Position numbers and translations under genes: made by a program | DNA from: Octopus vulgaris | Taxonomy: Eukaryota | Assembly (NCBI GenBank): GCA_951406725.2 | Contig: OX597818.1 | Coordinates: 127,782,001 to 127,846,000, forward strand | Direction: 5' to 3' | Length of the DNA stretch: 64,000 nt | Shown: piece after piece, positions 26,745 through 37,903 of the stretch | Position numbering within the stretch: the stretch's first letter is position 1 | Layout: every line of letters starts with the position of its first letter | Notes under the pieces: model-generated | What the model saw: the letters and a program-made list of their open reading frames with translations, nothing else | Databases searched by the model: none | What the model was told of the DNA's origin: nothing

Positions 26745-27990
26745 TGCGTACTCTGAAAGGTATTTGTAGAGAATTTCATTAATATATACACTTTTTGTTA
26801 TTGTTGTTTGTTTTTTTAAGCAATAAGGAATCAAAGCCAACTCATGAGAATTTTTCCCTAAACTCCTCACCCATTCTCACCACAAATTCCAATATAATCA
26901 TAATCAATACCATCCGAAGCGTATTTGTAGTAAATTTCATCTAAAAAAAATATAGATTTTTCTAGAAGTTATGAGGAAACAAAGTTGGATGCACAATTAA
27001 GTAGGTATACTATATATATGTACATACACATGCACATTATTATTTACTATTTTATTTACCTATTATACATATACACACATACAAAAATAAGCATTTCCTA
27101 CAAGTGTGCCTCCCCACCACCGACTTTGTTTCCTCACAACTCAGAAAAATGAAATTTTTTTTTTAATTGAATTTTTCTATAAATATGCTTCAGACGGTGT
27201 AAATTCTGATTATATCGGAATTTATTACAAAAATAGTTTGATTGTTTTTCCTATGGGTGGGAAGAGGATGTTCCGGAAAATTCACACGAGTTGGTTTTGT
27301 TTCCTCATAACTTTCAGAAAAATAGGTATTTTGTTGATGAAATTTTCTACAAATACTTTTCAAAGTGTGTAAATTACGATTCGACTTTGCCTTTCATCCT
27401 TTCGGGAGTCGATAAATTAAGCACCGGTTACGCACTGGAGTCGATGTAATCGACTTAATTCATTTGTCTGTCCTTGTTTGTCCCCTCTGTGGGCAATATC
27501 TTTGTGCCCCTTGAGGGCAATAAAGAAACATATATCGGCATTTGATGTGGCAAAAAAATAATGAACACACACACATACATACATACTAACAAATACCACA
27601 ACTGTTTTAGAAATTTTAAATTACATTTCGTATATAATATTGTGTGACGTGTGTCAGTATGTATGCGTATGATGAGCCCAACAACCTTTTTTGTTGTTTT
27701 TCTTCTTTTTCCATATTAAATTCCGATATAATTGTAATCTACACACTGAAAAGTATCTATAGAACATTTCATTGGCGAAATTACCCATTTTTCTGAAAGT
27801 TATGAGTCAAGAAAGCCGTCTCATATGAATTTTCAGAAAACTCCTCGCCCCATATCTTCGAAAAACTTTTTAACCACATATTCCGATATAATCAAAATCT
27901 AGACCATCTGACGCATATCTGTAGAAAATTTAATTTAAAAAATTTCTAATTATCCATTTTTCTGACACATGTGTAGGAATGCCCCCCAAA
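26745..27990. repeat. Cluster of a DNA-transposon-like repeat in alternating orientations (also 24735-25090)
   Basis: Motif aaatatgcttcaga.ggtgta.attctgattat is present on + at about 24810 and 27180, and on - at about 26900 and 27900. Confidence 0.55.
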
Positions 27991-28204
27991 AAAATCAGAA
28001 ATATGAAGCGGAGTGAATAAGCTAAAAATGTAGACTGAAAGCGGATCAACACTTTTCCTGAATATGAGCTGCGTTTAATATGTCCACGGGCCTTATGTCA
28101 CTAAATATCGGGTGTTTGTTTGCTTGTATATATATGTGTGTGTATATATAAATGTTTACGTATATGTGATTATGTGTCTGTGTATATATATATGTGCGTG
28201 TGTG

Positions 28205-28246
<42 letters not shown>

Positions 28247-28870
28247 TACATTATATAATTAGGGCTTAGTAAAATAAATTACTTAGCCACATAAATTAAT
28301 AACTAATTAATTTTACCCTCAATTATTGATATATATATATATGTATGTACACTGATTTGTTTTGCTTTTTATATTTAACCCTACAGTCTCTTATGTGGTG
28401 GTTTAATAAAGTATGTGATTGAGTATTATCTGGTAATTGATATTTGATTTAGATGTATTTCTCCATTTTCTTATCTTGTATAAATATATATATACTTACA
28501 CACGTACATATATATTATAGAGAGAGTGTGTGTGTGTGTGTATGTCTGTACGTGTAATTATTCTACTGGTAAAGTCTTCACGAAAACAACACAAATTCAT
28601 ACAAAACTAAACATACAAAACACCAGCCAGTACGGCAACCCGAGGGGTGGGCTGCGCTAGCGCGCGCACGCACCTACATTTAGGTGCATGCGCGCGTGCG
28701 CACACACAAACTTAAAAGAGAATCGTGAATTAACAGTATTCAAAAAAACAAAGCAAAACTTTGAAAACGAAAACATAGCAACAAAATACGTGACTAAATA
28801 CAAAAGTTATACAGCAAAAAAAAAAATAATACACTGAAAATAAATTTTGCGTTGTTGTTGAAAACTATAC

Positions 28871-28923
28871 CTAATTTTCTCATAAACAAAGGTTTGAATA
28901 TTACCCCAGGCAGCAGTGAACAT
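28871..28923 (-). CDS. KIAA2013: Coding exon 1 of KIAA2013/DUF2152-like type II membrane protein (MFTAAWGNIQTFVYEKI-R)
   Basis: ATG at 28923 (gacATG), 53 nt open, then donor AG|gtatag. Phase 2 matches the exon at 14135 (AG+A=Arg). Lies in a CpG-retaining, repeat-poor stretch just downstream of an Inr-like motif. Confidence 0.75.
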
Positions 28924-28957
28924 GTCCAACCTGACATTAGATTGAATGTGAATGAAA

Positions 28958-29003
28958 GACTGAAGTAGTGTGTGAGTGAGTCATTACGTCACACACACGG
29001 AAG
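28958..29003 (-). promoter_or_regulatory. Candidate core promoter of the KIAA2013-like gene
   Basis: TCAGTC Inr-like motif on the minus strand (28963-28958, +1 near 28961). Adjacent AP-1-like TGAGTCA (28977-28983), CRE-like TTACGTCA (28984-28991) and ETS-like CGGAAG (28998-29003). Local CpG retention. Confidence 0.5.
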
Positions 29004-29269
29004 CATTCACACGATCTGTGTACAAATACACATTACGTACACAGGCGCAAGCGTGGCTCTAAGATAAGTTTGTTTCCCAACCAAACGGTTCTTGGTTCAG
29101 TTCCACCGCGTGGCACCTCTACCTCTATTATAGCTCTGGACCGACTAAAGCCTTTTGAGTGAATTTGGTGAACGGAAACTGAAAGAAGCTCTGAGTGTGA
29201 GAGTGTGTGTGTGTATGCTTGCGTAAATGTATATGTATATATAAGTGTGTGTGTGTGTGTGTGTGTACG

Positions 29270-29555
29270 ATCGTGAGGTTGTGAGTTCGAATCCAGGACC
29301 GAGCTGCGTGTTGTGTTCTTGAGCAAGACACTTTATTTCACGTTGCTCCAGTTCACTCAGCTGTAGAAATGAGTTGCGACGTCACAGGTGCCAATCTGTA
29401 TCGGCCTTTGCCTTTCCCTTGGATAACACTGGTGGCGTGGAGGCCGGTATGCATGGGCGACTGCTGGTCTTCCATAAACAACCTTGCCCGGACTTGTGCC
29501 TGGGAGGGTAACTTTCTAGGTGCAATCCCAAGGTCAGTCACCGAAGGGGGTCACA
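29270..29555 (+). mobile_element. CORE-like SINE fragment (inverted, older copy at about 39110-39440)
   Basis: gagttcgaatcc B-box then ttgtgttcttgagcaagacactttatttcacgttgctccagttcactcagctgtagaaatgag. Confidence 0.6.
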
Positions 29556-29560
29556 GCAGC

Positions 29561-29591
<31 letters not shown>

Positions 29592-29980
29592 CCACTGTTT
29601 ATATATATATTTTTTACTGTTTATATGTTTGTACTGTCGTTACCGTCTTGCTTTTTTTACCCCTCTGCGAAAAGATCTCAGAATTTTAATTGATTTGCTT
29701 TTCGCAGGAAGGAATTTTTCATTCGAAGTATACGTCTCGCTTTTATCCTTCGAAACGTTTAGTAGATGAAACTTTAGCGACTGAAGAAGGGGATTTTTCG
29801 TTGTGCTTATTGTCCTGTATCTCCTTTTTTTTTGCCTGTCTTGTTCCTTGGTTTGTGTCTATGTTTTTCGTCTCTCTATGTGTTCGACGTCTTTTTGGTG
29901 TCCTGTACACATATATGCGTGTATATGTACATGTAGAGGTAGGTACGTACATATATGTTTATATATATGCATATATTTTA

Positions 29981-30031
<51 letters not shown>

Positions 30032-31444
30032 CAGTGAGCTGGCAGAACTGTTGGCACGCCGGGCGAAATGCTGGACGTTATTTCGTCTGCCGTTACGTCT
30101 TCAGTTCAAATTCCGCCGAGGTCGACTTTGCCTTTCATCCATTCGGGGTCGATAAATAAAGTACCAGTTATGCACTAGGGTCGATGTAACCGACTTAATC
30201 CCTTTGTCTGTCCTTGTTTGTCCCCTCTATGTTTAGCCCCTTGTGGGCAAAAAAGAAATATATATATATATTTGCCCAACCCATGCTAGCATGGAAAGCA
30301 GACATTAAACGATGATGATGATACACACACAAACACACACACACACACACAAGGTGGCAAACTGGCAGATTCATTGGCACACCGGGTGAAATGATCAGTG
30401 GTATTTCGTCTGCCATTACGTTCTGAGTTCAAATTCCGCTGAGGTCAACTTTGCCTTTCATCCTTTCAGGGTCGATTAAATTAATACCAGTTACGCCCTG
30501 GAGTCAATGTAATCAACTTAATCCCTCTGTGTTTAGTCAGGCTAAATTTGACAATTTCTGTGTGCCATCCTTTTTTCTGGAACATCTTGGTATACTGGTG
30601 AACAGTCAACGGCATTGGAGAGCATAAAGATTAAAACGTATAGTTGAGAACATGGAGGACTGGAGGCCTGCCAAATTTTGGAAAACAGCTACCTGTATCA
30701 AATTTGGGACGATAGAGTCACATGGCACTATGTACTTTGTTCTTGACAAGTTCTAATTGTTGAACTCTTACCTGTATTTACCTGATGAAAACAGTTATTT
30801 TGTATGATGCAGCACTTCTGTTCACAATAACAAAAGAAAACTTCTGAAACAGCTGTAGTGAACTACTATCCATCTGTTATTTGTTTGTGTGTGTCCACCA
30901 CCACCTGACAACCAGTATTGGCTTGTTTACACCCCTCTAACTTAGTGGTTCAGTACAAGAGACCATTAGAATAAGTATCAGGCTTAAAAGGGAAAAAAAA
31001 GAAATAGGTACTGAGATTGATTTGTTTGACTAAAATCTTTCAAGACATTGTCCTTCATTGTTGCAATTCAATGAAAGCAACAGGTTACATATACATATAT
31101 AGGGAGATGGCTAGCAAGGACGGATCCAGGGAGGTGGGCTGAAGAGCACGTGCCCTCCTCAAGAAAAATGTTATTACGCCCTTTTCTCCTGGAATTGTAT
31201 TTCCGTCTGACCTGGCGCTCTCCCTTCGAAAAATTTCAGGGACTCCACCTGGTTAGATAGATGTAAATAAAAATAAATGCTGGAAAAAATGTGCATCCAT
31301 TAAAAGAAAAGGATTTAGTTCTAGAGTGTTTTAAAAATTTATATTAGTAAGTTACTAAGTTATTAAATTAGTAAGTTATTAAATCTTAATATGTACACCA
31401 ATAAAACAGAATGACACTCCCCACACAATAAAATATGTATACAA

Positions 31445-31481
<37 letters not shown>

Positions 31482-34400
31482 ATGTTCATTCATCAAGTAC
31501 AAAGAACTTGAAATAACCACCACGCTCTCTCTTATTAGCTGATATGCTATCAGCTAAATTACTTGGGCACTTGCTTAAGGACATCCCAAGCCTATCACCA
31601 TTTCTGGTGGTAGTAGGAGGTCTCAAAGAGCCCTCTCTATTCTATTTTGCTGGTGACAAGAGGTAAAATTTGAACTCAATGTCACCATCATCATTTAACA
31701 TCCATTTTCCATGCTGGCATGGGTTGGACGGTTTGACTGAAAAGTGGTAAGCTAGGGAGCTGCACCAGGTTCCGATCTGATTTGGCAAGGTTTCTACAGC
31801 TGGATGCCCTTCCTAATGCTAACCACTCCGAGAGTGTAGTGGGTGTTTTTTTTTTACATGCCACCAGCACAGGTGCCACTGACCTGACACTGACATTGGC
31901 CACAACTGCAGTCTCACTTGGTCTGACAGGTCTACACAAGCACGGTATATCGCCAAACATCTTGGGCACCTATCACTGCCTCCATGAGGCCCAATGCTTT
32001 AACGGTGTATAAAGTCAAAACAGATGTTGCAAGGGATGTTGTCTGATGCCCTGACATCCCAACACTGCATCACTAAAATCTGTCACTTTATCATTCCAGA
32101 AGGAACGAAAAGGCAAATTTGGAGTAGGTAAGATTTGAATTCAGCATGCAGAGAACCAGAACAAGTTCCACAAGGTGTTCTAGGTAATGCTCTAACAACA
32201 CCACACATTTATGTGCTTGCTGCCCAACCACGCAGTTTCAGGTTCAGTCCCACTGCATGAGACTGAACCTGAAATCACACACACACACACTTATACACAT
32301 ACACACAATATATGGCTTCTGTGCCAGTGGCACATAAAAAGCACCATCCGAACTTGGCCGATGCCAGCGCCGCCTTGACTGGCTTCCGTGCCGGTGGCAT
32401 GTTAAAAGCACCAATCAATCGTGGCCGCTGCCAGACTCCCCTGGCACGTGTGCCGGTGGCACATAAAAAGCACCCACTACACTCGCGGAGTGGTTGGCGT
32501 TAGGAAGGGCATCCAGCTGTAGTAACACTGCCAGATCAGACTGGTGCCTGGTGCAGCCTCCTGGCGTCCCAGACCCCAGTCGAACCGTCCAACCCGTGCT
32601 AGCGCGGAAAACGGATGATGATGTTGATGATGATGATGACATCAAAAGTTAGCCAATGAGTTCAGAGTTATAAAAGTGTTTGCTACAATATTTTCAGGTA
32701 TTTAATCCTTTTCTCTGCACTCTTAAGATCAACCCTGTCTTTCATCCTTTCAAGATTAATAAATAGTATATCAGTCTACAGCAATGAGCTATCAGAACTA
32801 GTAAAGTAGCAGACAGGATGCAATATCGCGTTTTCTGTGCACGAGTACCATATAATTCACATTATATTCAAAGAGAAATTCTTTTTGCAACCATCAGAAG
32901 TAATAGATTTCTGAACTTTTTTCATCCCAGTCTTACTCTGGCAATTAATTTATCAGAATATCTATTAAGTGGTCAGGAGAAAAGACACTTTCTGGTCAGT
33001 ACTCATGACTTCCCTCCAGGACAGAGGTCACTTGAGTACCACATGTACACACAGAGTGACAAAGAAATGCACACACACACACACACAATTACTTTTAATT
33101 GGATTGGCAGAATCATTAGAGTATCAAATATAAAGCTGTGCAGTATTTAGTTACACCCTTTCTGAGTTCAAATCCTGCTGAGGTCAGCTTTTCATTCTTT
33201 CAGGGGTCAATAAAATAAAGTACTGATCAAGTTCTTAGAACAGTTTAATTGGCTGTACTCCTGCCAAATATTTGAGACTTTGTGCCTCAAAAAGTTGGAC
33301 TGTGTGTAGCCAGTTCAATATATAATTTTAACCCTTTCATTACCAACCCGGCTGAAACTGGCTCTGGCTCTGTAATATAAATGTCTTGTTTCCATAAGTT
33401 TTGAATTAAAATTTTCCACCAAATCTTAGTCACAATTAATGCTCCTAACACTAGCTGAATGATAACTAAGTTATTTTACTAAATTCTTTGTTATATTTAA
33501 AGTAATTGCAAAAATCACAGAGCATCTCAAAATAAATACAGTAACAAAAGGGTTAATATAATTTAGGTGGCAAGCTGGCAGAATTGTTAGCATGCCAGGT
33601 AAAATGCTGAGTGTTATTTTGTCCACCTTTACATTCTGAGTTCAAATTTCACTGAGGTCAACTTTGCTTTCGTCCTTTTGAGGTTGATAATATAAGTACT
33701 ATTTGAGCACTGGGGTTGATGTAAGCAGCTTATCCCCTCTTACAAACTTGCTGACTGTGCCAAAATTTTAGACCAATATTTAATATAACCAATCGTTATA
33801 TTAAAACTAAAACTCAGTAAGCTTACATGAATACACAGTAATACTTTAAAAAGGAAACTTCAGACTATACAATAAATATTAATATTCTCTGATGAAAATA
33901 CCAGCAAGGAAAACAAACAAACCATATCAGATGATAAAAGGAGAAGGCCAAAGTCCAAAAGTCAGATAATATAGTTTGAAATGAACTGTTCACTTAAGTG
34001 AATGAGAGGGATACAAAAGTTTAAAACTGCTGTACTCACACCATCAGTGCACACACATATACACACACACACCAGCATGCATACAAACACACACACAAGT
34101 AGACGTGAATAAAGCGATGCAGGTATAGATTCACACAGCCATACAATGACTAAGGAGGGACACAATGACAAGCACACACACACACATATTCAATTAGAAA
34201 TGCCACAGTTAGCATTGTAACAAGACAATTATGAGAATAAAATACATTACAAATTCCAGGACAATGAAGACAAACAAAAGGATTTTCCCATTTGTTTTTG
34301 TTACATTTCTTAGTAATGAGATAAAATCTAATTTCCCTTGGGTCTTTTCACTAAATGTTGGGGTTTGTAGGGAGAGAAAACAATTTTTTTTTTCTTTTTC

Positions 34401-36005
34401 AGGTAGCTTTTAATCCTATGGAGTGATGAAAGAAGGTTGCCCCTGGTGGGACATCAACTCAAAATATCAAGGAATATTGCAAAACACTGTAAGACATTTC
34501 AACTACTCTAACTACAGAAAAATATAATAACCTTTTTTATTTCTTTTTCTTTTCTTTTCTTTTTTGTATTAATTTACTCATTCATTGTTTTAACTTGTTT
34601 TAGACATTGGACTTCAGCCACGTTGGGACACTGCCTTGAAATCTAGTACTTATTCTGTTGGTTTCATTTTTCCAAACTGATAACTTATAAGGATGTAAAC
34701 ATCCCAAGAATGGTTATGGACAAATGAGAGACAAACACAAAGACATGCATTACACACACATACACACACACACACAACATAGCTTCCACTTAACTAAACA
34801 AGTATGACTTGATAATATGCACCACACTTTCACTAATCATTTTAGGAGTTTGTTTAGTTGTGAGCAGACAGTCACCTCTTTCCCAGTCACCTTCTCAGCC
34901 TTCCCATGGTCAACCCAGTAGAACATCTTGGATGTGACAGCTAAAGGAAAGAGGGCTGATACCCAGCTTCAGTCAAGTAGAGTGGAGCAGCATGAAATGA
35001 AGTGCTTTGCTCAAGGACATCTCAGGATTCTGTATAGTTTCTGTCTTCCAAACCAAAATACCACATAGAGCATTGATTAGCTCAGAGCTATAACAGAAAG
35101 CACCTGTCCAAAATACTGCACATTGGGACTGAAATTGAAACCACATGATTGCAAAGCAAACTTCTTGGCCACACAGCCATGTCTGCATCTGTGTGGTTTT
35201 GATTATATATTTTTGAAACGAACTATGAACTGGGTTTTTTTAAAGGAGCTGATCTGGATATTTGAATGGACCTGGTTTGCTGTAAAGCATTTTAGTTTGG
35301 ACCCATCAAGTAATTGTAATAAATACCTTTATTATGTAAATGACCATATGTATTCCTTTTGTATAGCTCCTTTAAAAGATCTTAAAGTAATTCTTAACTG
35401 GATTATCTTTTGAAAAATGTTGGTTTTTATTCCAGTTTTACAAATGTAACACTTTTGGCTGATCTGAGAGGTTTTTTTTTTTTTTTTTGTAACAAAACAC
35501 AGCTTCAATATGCTCTCAGAAAAGGAGCTGGAGCAAATTGTGGTCAATGTGGAATAGGATATATGCTCCATCAACCAGAACAGACAATATGAAAATGCAC
35601 ACTTGCTTTTAAAACCAAGGATCACCTATTATCAAATATCCCAGTGTACAGGGAAAAGAACTACAAGGGCTACAACTAAAGATAATGGTAGTAACGTTGA
35701 CAGCTTGCTATCACCACTGCAGCACTGTGCCAACAGCAAATCCAAGGCACTCAGTTTGCAGGGGAGGTTCATGGGCTGCTTTCATCCTACAAAGTGGTAA
35801 TTACTGCTTCCTATGTGGGGTAGGTAGCTCTTCTTTGCATTCATTGTGTATAGCAAATTTTTAACCTGTCTTAGTATATTGTGTTTTTGCTTCTGTTTAT
35901 TCCACAGATACATGTTCTTTTAACATAATTCATTGGTAAATTAGTGTGACAGCATGTGAGAAGGCAGGACATTTTAATTACAAGTTCAATCCATTTACAG
36001 TTACC

Positions 36006-36238
36006 TATTTCTTTATTACCCACAAGGAGCTAAACATAGAGAGGACAAATAAGGACAGACATAGGTATTAAGTCGATTACATCAACCCCAGTGCGTAACT
36101 GGTACTTAATTTATCGACCCCGAAAGGATGAAAGGCAAAGTCGACCTCGGCGGAATTTGAACTCAGAAGATAGCTGCAGACGAAATACGGCTACACATTT
36201 CACCCGGCATGCTAACATTTCTGCCAGCTCGCCGCCTT
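36006..36238 (-). mobile_element. tRNA-derived SINE family B with MESC/Meta-like central domain (copies at about 4294-4678, 10165-10396, 11664-12267, 30028-30260 +, 58063-58294)
   Basis: Head aaggcggcgagctggcagaa..gagttcaaattcc, core gcctttcatcctttcggggtcgataaattaagtacc, 17-bp TSD atccatttacagttacc at 35989-36005 and 36239-36255. Confidence 0.85.
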
Positions 36239-36559
36239 ATCCATTTACAGTTACCATCTACACTTTTACTCACAAAGTACAAGTTGACCTGAAGCTATGG
36301 TTAACACATCTTCAAGGCCTCTTGAGCCCAATAAAATAGATAAGCATAATTGTTAATCAATATTATTATTATTATTATTATTATCAACTAATAAAGACAA
36401 CTGATTATCAGCAAAGATAACTTCAGTAATCAGAACTAATATGTATATTGATTTGAAGCCATATAAATAAGTGAAACAAAGCTTAATCATAAGGAGACAG
36501 ATAAGGGCACAAAGTAATCCATAACGAGTAACCTTGGCAGCAAACTAATCCATATAGAG

Positions 36560-36824
36560 CAGTGGTTCTCATCTAGAATTTATATGACCCGGGGTGGGGT
36601 GGGGGTCCATACAAGACTTTGTTGCTAAAATTTCATGTGCAATAAACTGGTTCTACTTCTATAATACACAAAATATTTTAACCATCTTTTAGTACAATTC
36701 CTTATGATATCGAAATATAAAAATAAAATAGGGTTTTTCTAAACATCAAATGGTTATAAGGATCCACCTGTGTAAAATGGGAATCAAAGGAGTTCACAAG
36801 CACAAAAACGGTTGAGAACCACTG
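36560..36824. mobile_element. hAT MITE, second family
   Basis: cagtggttctca / tgagaaccactg TIRs with perfect 8-bp TSD atatagag. Confidence 0.85.
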
Positions 36825-37396
36825 ATATAGAGCACTGGCAGTTCTTCATATATACATAAACATACATACACACGCTCTCACAACAAGAATGCTCACAAGG
36901 GTATATGCTTAATCCCATGCACAAAATACATACACTAGGCTCTTTGTCTGAGATGCCATACAATGGGATCAAACCAAATCACACAGTTATGAAGCAAAAT
37001 CTTTAATGACTTGGCTATGTCTGTGCCTCCCCCCCACACACACATCATCATCATCATCATCATCCATCATCATTTAATGTCCCTTTTCTCATGCTGTCAT
37101 GGGTTGGATGGCGCAGCATGAACAGGCAAGCTAGAGGGCTGCACCAAGCTCCAGTGTCTGATTTGGCATGGTCTTTATGGCTAGATGTTCTTCTTAATGT
37201 CAACCACTTCACAGAGTGGCTGTGTGGTAAGTAGCTTGCTTACCAACCACATGGTTCCGGGTACAGTCCCACTGCGTGGCACCTTGGGCAAGTGTCTTCT
37301 ACTATAGCCTCGGGCCGATCAATGCCTTGTGAGTGGATTTGGTAGACAGAAACTGAAAGAAACCCGTCGTATATATATATATATATATATATATAG

Positions 37397-37743
37397 CAGC
37401 AAAATTAAAGAACGGCCATAATAGGCCGTTCAACCCACTAGAAATAGCAGCCAAGGCTTCAACCGCAAAACAATATTAATTCCGTAAACCAGGAGAAAAT
37501 TTAAAAAAACATTTACCCTGTAATACTTTATACAATGCATCGTTTCGTCTATTTTTTAATGGCTGATTTGCCATTAAAAAAAAAAAAATAGACGAAATGA
37601 TGCATTGTATAAAGTATTACAGGGTAAATGTTTTTTTTAATTTTCTCCTGGTTTACGGAATTAATATTGTTTTGCGGTTGAAGCCTTGGCTGCTATTTCT
37701 AATGGGTTGAACGGCCTATTATGGCCGTTCCTTAATTTTGCTG
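37397..37743. repeat. Near-perfect palindrome with arms of about 165 bp
   Basis: Left arm cagcaaaattaaagaacggcc...aatggc is the reverse complement of right arm gccatt...ggccgttccttaattttgctg, with a 6-nt loop near 37565. Confidence 0.95.
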
Positions 37744-37845
37744 TTGAATTTATTAATAGTCTCTGACTATTTACTTTTTTCCCACTAGGCCGCTGGTGGC
37801 AAATAATTTCTGCTGAATTTTTTGCCACCCTATATTGATTAATAA

Positions 37846-37903
<58 letters not shown>

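Noticed and set aside
29745-29795. Circularly permuted (type II) hammerhead from CGAAACG...CTGAAGA
   Set aside because: Stem I is too short and stem II/III pairings do not register with the core.
30782-30830. Isolated CTGATGA motifs (also near 2023, 3944, 10606, 26056, 33889, 44577)
   Set aside because: No stem II plus GAAA plus UH arrangement follows.
35400-35800. Non-repetitive, coding-looking stretch (CGQCGIGYMLHQPEQ)
   Set aside because: Short, broken frames with no motif I can assign. It may be an old TE relic, but this is unsupported.
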